This document shows, in pieces, positions 34,652 through 36,680 of a DNA stretch of 36,680 bases. Below the pieces are notes generated by a model, which was not told the DNA's origin, made no database searches, and saw only the letters and a program-made list of their open reading frames with translations. The stretch lies in IMG/VR virus record IMGVR_UViG_3300043171_000189, positions 1 to 36,680 of that record; one strand, written 5' to 3'. Within the stretch, counting starts at the first letter, position 1, and every line of letters begins with the position of its first letter. Position numbers and translations under genes: made by a program. The DNA comes from a virus (taxonomy: Duplodnaviria > Caudoviricetes).

Positions 34652-35358
34652 TTCCCATCAGGCACATTATCACCTGTAATATATCTACCATAGTGTTGAT
34701 GAGATAAATTGAGCACTGGTGCACCTTTATCCCCACTGGTTATAGCATCATATATTCTAGCAAGATCAGTATCGTAAGCTGTTGTGTTAAGACCTTTGGC
34801 CTGCCACATTTTCACTTTGAGATACTTAATTAACAAGTATTTATCGAAGAGTGGAATATCACCGTCGTTGATAATTGTTGCCCTGTAGACATCAGGATCA
34901 TCAAACGCTTGCACCCATCCATTAGATATGTACTCAAAATTGTAGATTTCACCGTCATCACCAGGAACAGGGTCAACAATTAGCTGACTTCCTTGGATAC
35001 GGAAACTTTGATATACAGGACTTCCAAGACTACCATTTTTGATCGATTGCCATACTTGAGGAGACATTGGCCCACGAACAGGAGTCAGTTCTAAACTACT
35101 TGACCATAATGTTTGGTTGATGATTTTTTCGAAGTCTGAGGGCAGATCGTAAGCGTCCTGATCTGCTACGGTTGTGATGATGCCCAAGCGGTCAAGGAAT
35201 TGCCACTGAAAGGTCTGTGCCAACTCATAACCTGCTGCATTCAGCAAGGCTACAAGTTGCACATTATTGCTATCCTTTGAGGAGACCGCTTCATTTGGGA
35301 CAGGTAGACCAAGTTCTGCACAGGTCTGTTGAATAATCTCTAAAACGGTTCCTCTCAT
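34639..35358 (-). CDS. Head-tail adaptor / tail tubular protein A
   Basis: TVLEIIQ-x2-C-x-ELGL-x2-P, W-x2-L, Y-x-LP-x-DF and FEYIS-x2-W motifs. Confidence 0.78.
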   Translation of the reverse strand: MRGTVLEIIQQTCAELGLPVPNEAVSSKDSNNVQLVALLNAAGYELAQTFQWQFLDRLGIITTVADQDAYDLPSDFEKIINQTLWSSSLELTPVRGPMSPQVWQSIKNGSLGSPVYQSFRIQGSQLIVDPVPGDDGEIYNFEYISNGWVQAFDDPDVYRATIINDGDIPLFDKYLLIKYLKVKMWQAKGLNTTAYDTDLARIYDAITSGDKGAPVLNLSHQHYGRYITGDNVPDGNWRV

Positions 35359-35367
35359 GGGACACCT

Positions 35368-35970
35368 CTATTTTTTAGAAGGAGTTTTGGCCTCAGTCTT
35401 TTGAGAATTTAAACCTTCAATAAGTTGTTCGATTTGTTGTTTCAGGCTTGCAATCTCACCATCACGCTTTTTGAGTTCTGATGCGATTTTACTGTTTACC
35501 GCCTCACCTTTGGCAGCTTCAAGGAATGCCAATGCTCTACGCTTCAGATCATTAAAATCTGGAATCTGTTGACCATGGGTATCACTAAGTTCAGCAAGAT
35601 GCTCAACAGTCGAAATGTTGAGATATTTCAACTCAGCAACACGACCAACAGTCATCTGAGGCCATGCTTCAAGAGGAGTACCAGACTCAGACTGTTTGGA
35701 GTTTTCTTCAAATCGTTTCCATCTGTCAGCAAAACGGTGCATGTGTATCTTCTTCACAGGCTGATCAAGATTTGAATTACGATCACCGGGAATCAATATT
35801 CGAACATAAGGTTTTTCATCAAAGATTGGTCTACCTTCTTGATCTGATTTGAAGTTGTTTTTAACAGCCTTCATATAAAATGTAACACGAAGTTTTTCAT
35901 CACCTGCAAATCTTGCACCAGGACTATCATCCATCACAGCGGATTCACCGTAGCCATTTAACCCTTCCAT
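35368..35970 (-). CDS. Conserved podophage protein between capsid and adaptor
   Basis: S-x2-EGRPIF, IPGD, GTPLE-x-WP, L-x-I-x-TVE-x-LA-x-LSD (HhH-like) and a C-terminal coiled coil. Confidence 0.75.
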   Translation of the reverse strand: MEGLNGYGESAVMDDSPGARFAGDEKLRVTFYMKAVKNNFKSDQEGRPIFDEKPYVRILIPGDRNSNLDQPVKKIHMHRFADRWKRFEENSKQSESGTPLEAWPQMTVGRVAELKYLNISTVEHLAELSDTHGQQIPDFNDLKRRALAFLEAAKGEAVNSKIASELKKRDGEIASLKQQIEQLIEGLNSQKTEAKTPSKK

Positions 35971-35983
35971 ACTTACCTCACTT

Positions 35984-36019
35984 AAAAAATAACCCTCCGA
36001 TAATCAATATCGAAGGGTT
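35984..36019 (-). terminator. Intrinsic terminator after the capsid/decoration genes
   Basis: Minus-strand RNA AACCCUUCGAUA-UUGAU-UAUCGGAGGGUU followed by AUUUUUU. Confidence 0.8.
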
Positions 36020-36023
36020 TAGT

Positions 36024-36374
36024 TTATGCCAATACTGCCCAAAACCATTGGTCAGCGACAACACCACCTATGACAAAACACTCATGTGTGGTACCTGCAG
36101 CAGTTACACCTGCAACTATATCAAAAGCACCACCTTCAGCAATTGTTCCACCTGCTTGTACCCATGTAGCATCAGAAGAGGCCACATCGCTAGTAACAGG
36201 TGCTACAAAACCTGCAACATTATCTTCTTCGATAACATTGGTGTCCCATGCTGTAGTGGTATTTACACCAGTATAGTTGGTATTTCCTGTAGGGAACAGT
36301 GCGTCTTGAACATAGGCACCGATTGGTGGCTGAGTTCCGACAATCCCTATTGTTGATCCTGCTTTTCCTGCCAT
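36024..36374 (-). CDS. Putative capsid decoration protein
   Basis: AAGGAGG RBS, small Ala/Gly/Thr/Val-rich protein directly after the capsid gene and before a terminator. Confidence 0.6.
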   Translation of the reverse strand: MAGKAGSTIGIVGTQPPIGAYVQDALFPTGNTNYTGVNTTTAWDTNVIEEDNVAGFVAPVTSDVASSDATWVQAGGTIAEGGAFDIVAGVTAAGTTHECFVIGGVVADQWFWAVLA

Positions 36375-36390
36375 AATATACCTCCTTGAA

Positions 36391-36417
36391 ATGGTGGGGC
36401 CAGTAGCACCCCACCAT
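36391..36417 (-). other. Hairpin between capsid and decoration genes
   Basis: ATGGTGGGG (36391-36399) / CCCCACCAT (36409-36417) 9-bp stem, short U run, immediately before the next RBS. Confidence 0.65.
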
Positions 36418-36434
36418 CAAGTTTAAGATCAATA

Positions 36435-36680
36435 CTACTCGATCATCTTACCTTGGAATTGGAGGCCACAAGAAGTCAAGTTGCCTGCCCAAGCGAGAAT
36501 CTGAACCTCAGCATCCTGGTTCACTGAGTAACGTGAGTTAGGGCTAAGGGGCACCATGTCACGAGCAGAATGAGGACGATACTTGATGTACTTGGTGTTC
36601 AAGAAATATGCTTCCTTGGAACCCATGAAACCACCAATACCACCATCGAGAACAACATCAGCATCCATAAACTTTATGGA
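36435..36680 (-). CDS. Major capsid protein, C-terminal part
   Basis: Open from the right edge: SIKFMDADVVLDGGIGG...YFLNTKY...GNLT...QG; joins the 1-739 fragment in frame to give 325 aa. Confidence 0.92.
   Translation of the reverse strand, partial: SIKFMDADVVLDGGIGGFMGSKEAYFLNTKYIKYRPHSARDMVPLSPNSRYSVNQDAEVQILAWAGNLTSCGLQFQGKMIE

Overview
The window is very probably one complete, circularly permuted genome (about 36.67 kb) of a lytic podovirus-type tailed phage. The major capsid gene is split by the window ends and rejoins in frame through a 7-nt terminal overlap (TTATGGA). There are four transcription blocks. (1) A minus-strand late block runs from about 7050 through terS, terL, portal, scaffold and capsid, wraps around the ends, and continues through decoration, adaptor, tail nozzle, GNAT, four ejection-type proteins, tail fibre and lysis genes to 23259. 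(2) A plus-strand early block of small genes spans 7910-9995 behind a near-consensus sigma70 promoter. (3) A minus-strand block of small genes, an HTH regulator and a primase-helicase spans 13150-10135. (4) A plus-strand replication block (13322-23238) holds a Cas4-like exonuclease, SSB, family-B DNA polymerase, VRR-NUC nuclease, C5-MTase-like protein, SNF2 helicase and dNTP diphosphohydrolase-like protein. I saw no integrase, RNA polymerase, reverse transcriptase, tRNA, CRISPR array or spanin. The most interesting signals are: two candidate immune-signal sponge genes flanking terS; an unannotated 29-aa Lys/Gly-rich peptide coupled to a multi-pass membrane protein inside a spanin-less lysis cassette; a 68-aa stand-alone protein resembling an HK97 capsid A-domain; a truncated beta-clamp-like early protein; and a repeat-rich non-coding region next to terS. 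All family calls are by eye and memory of motifs; no searches were run.
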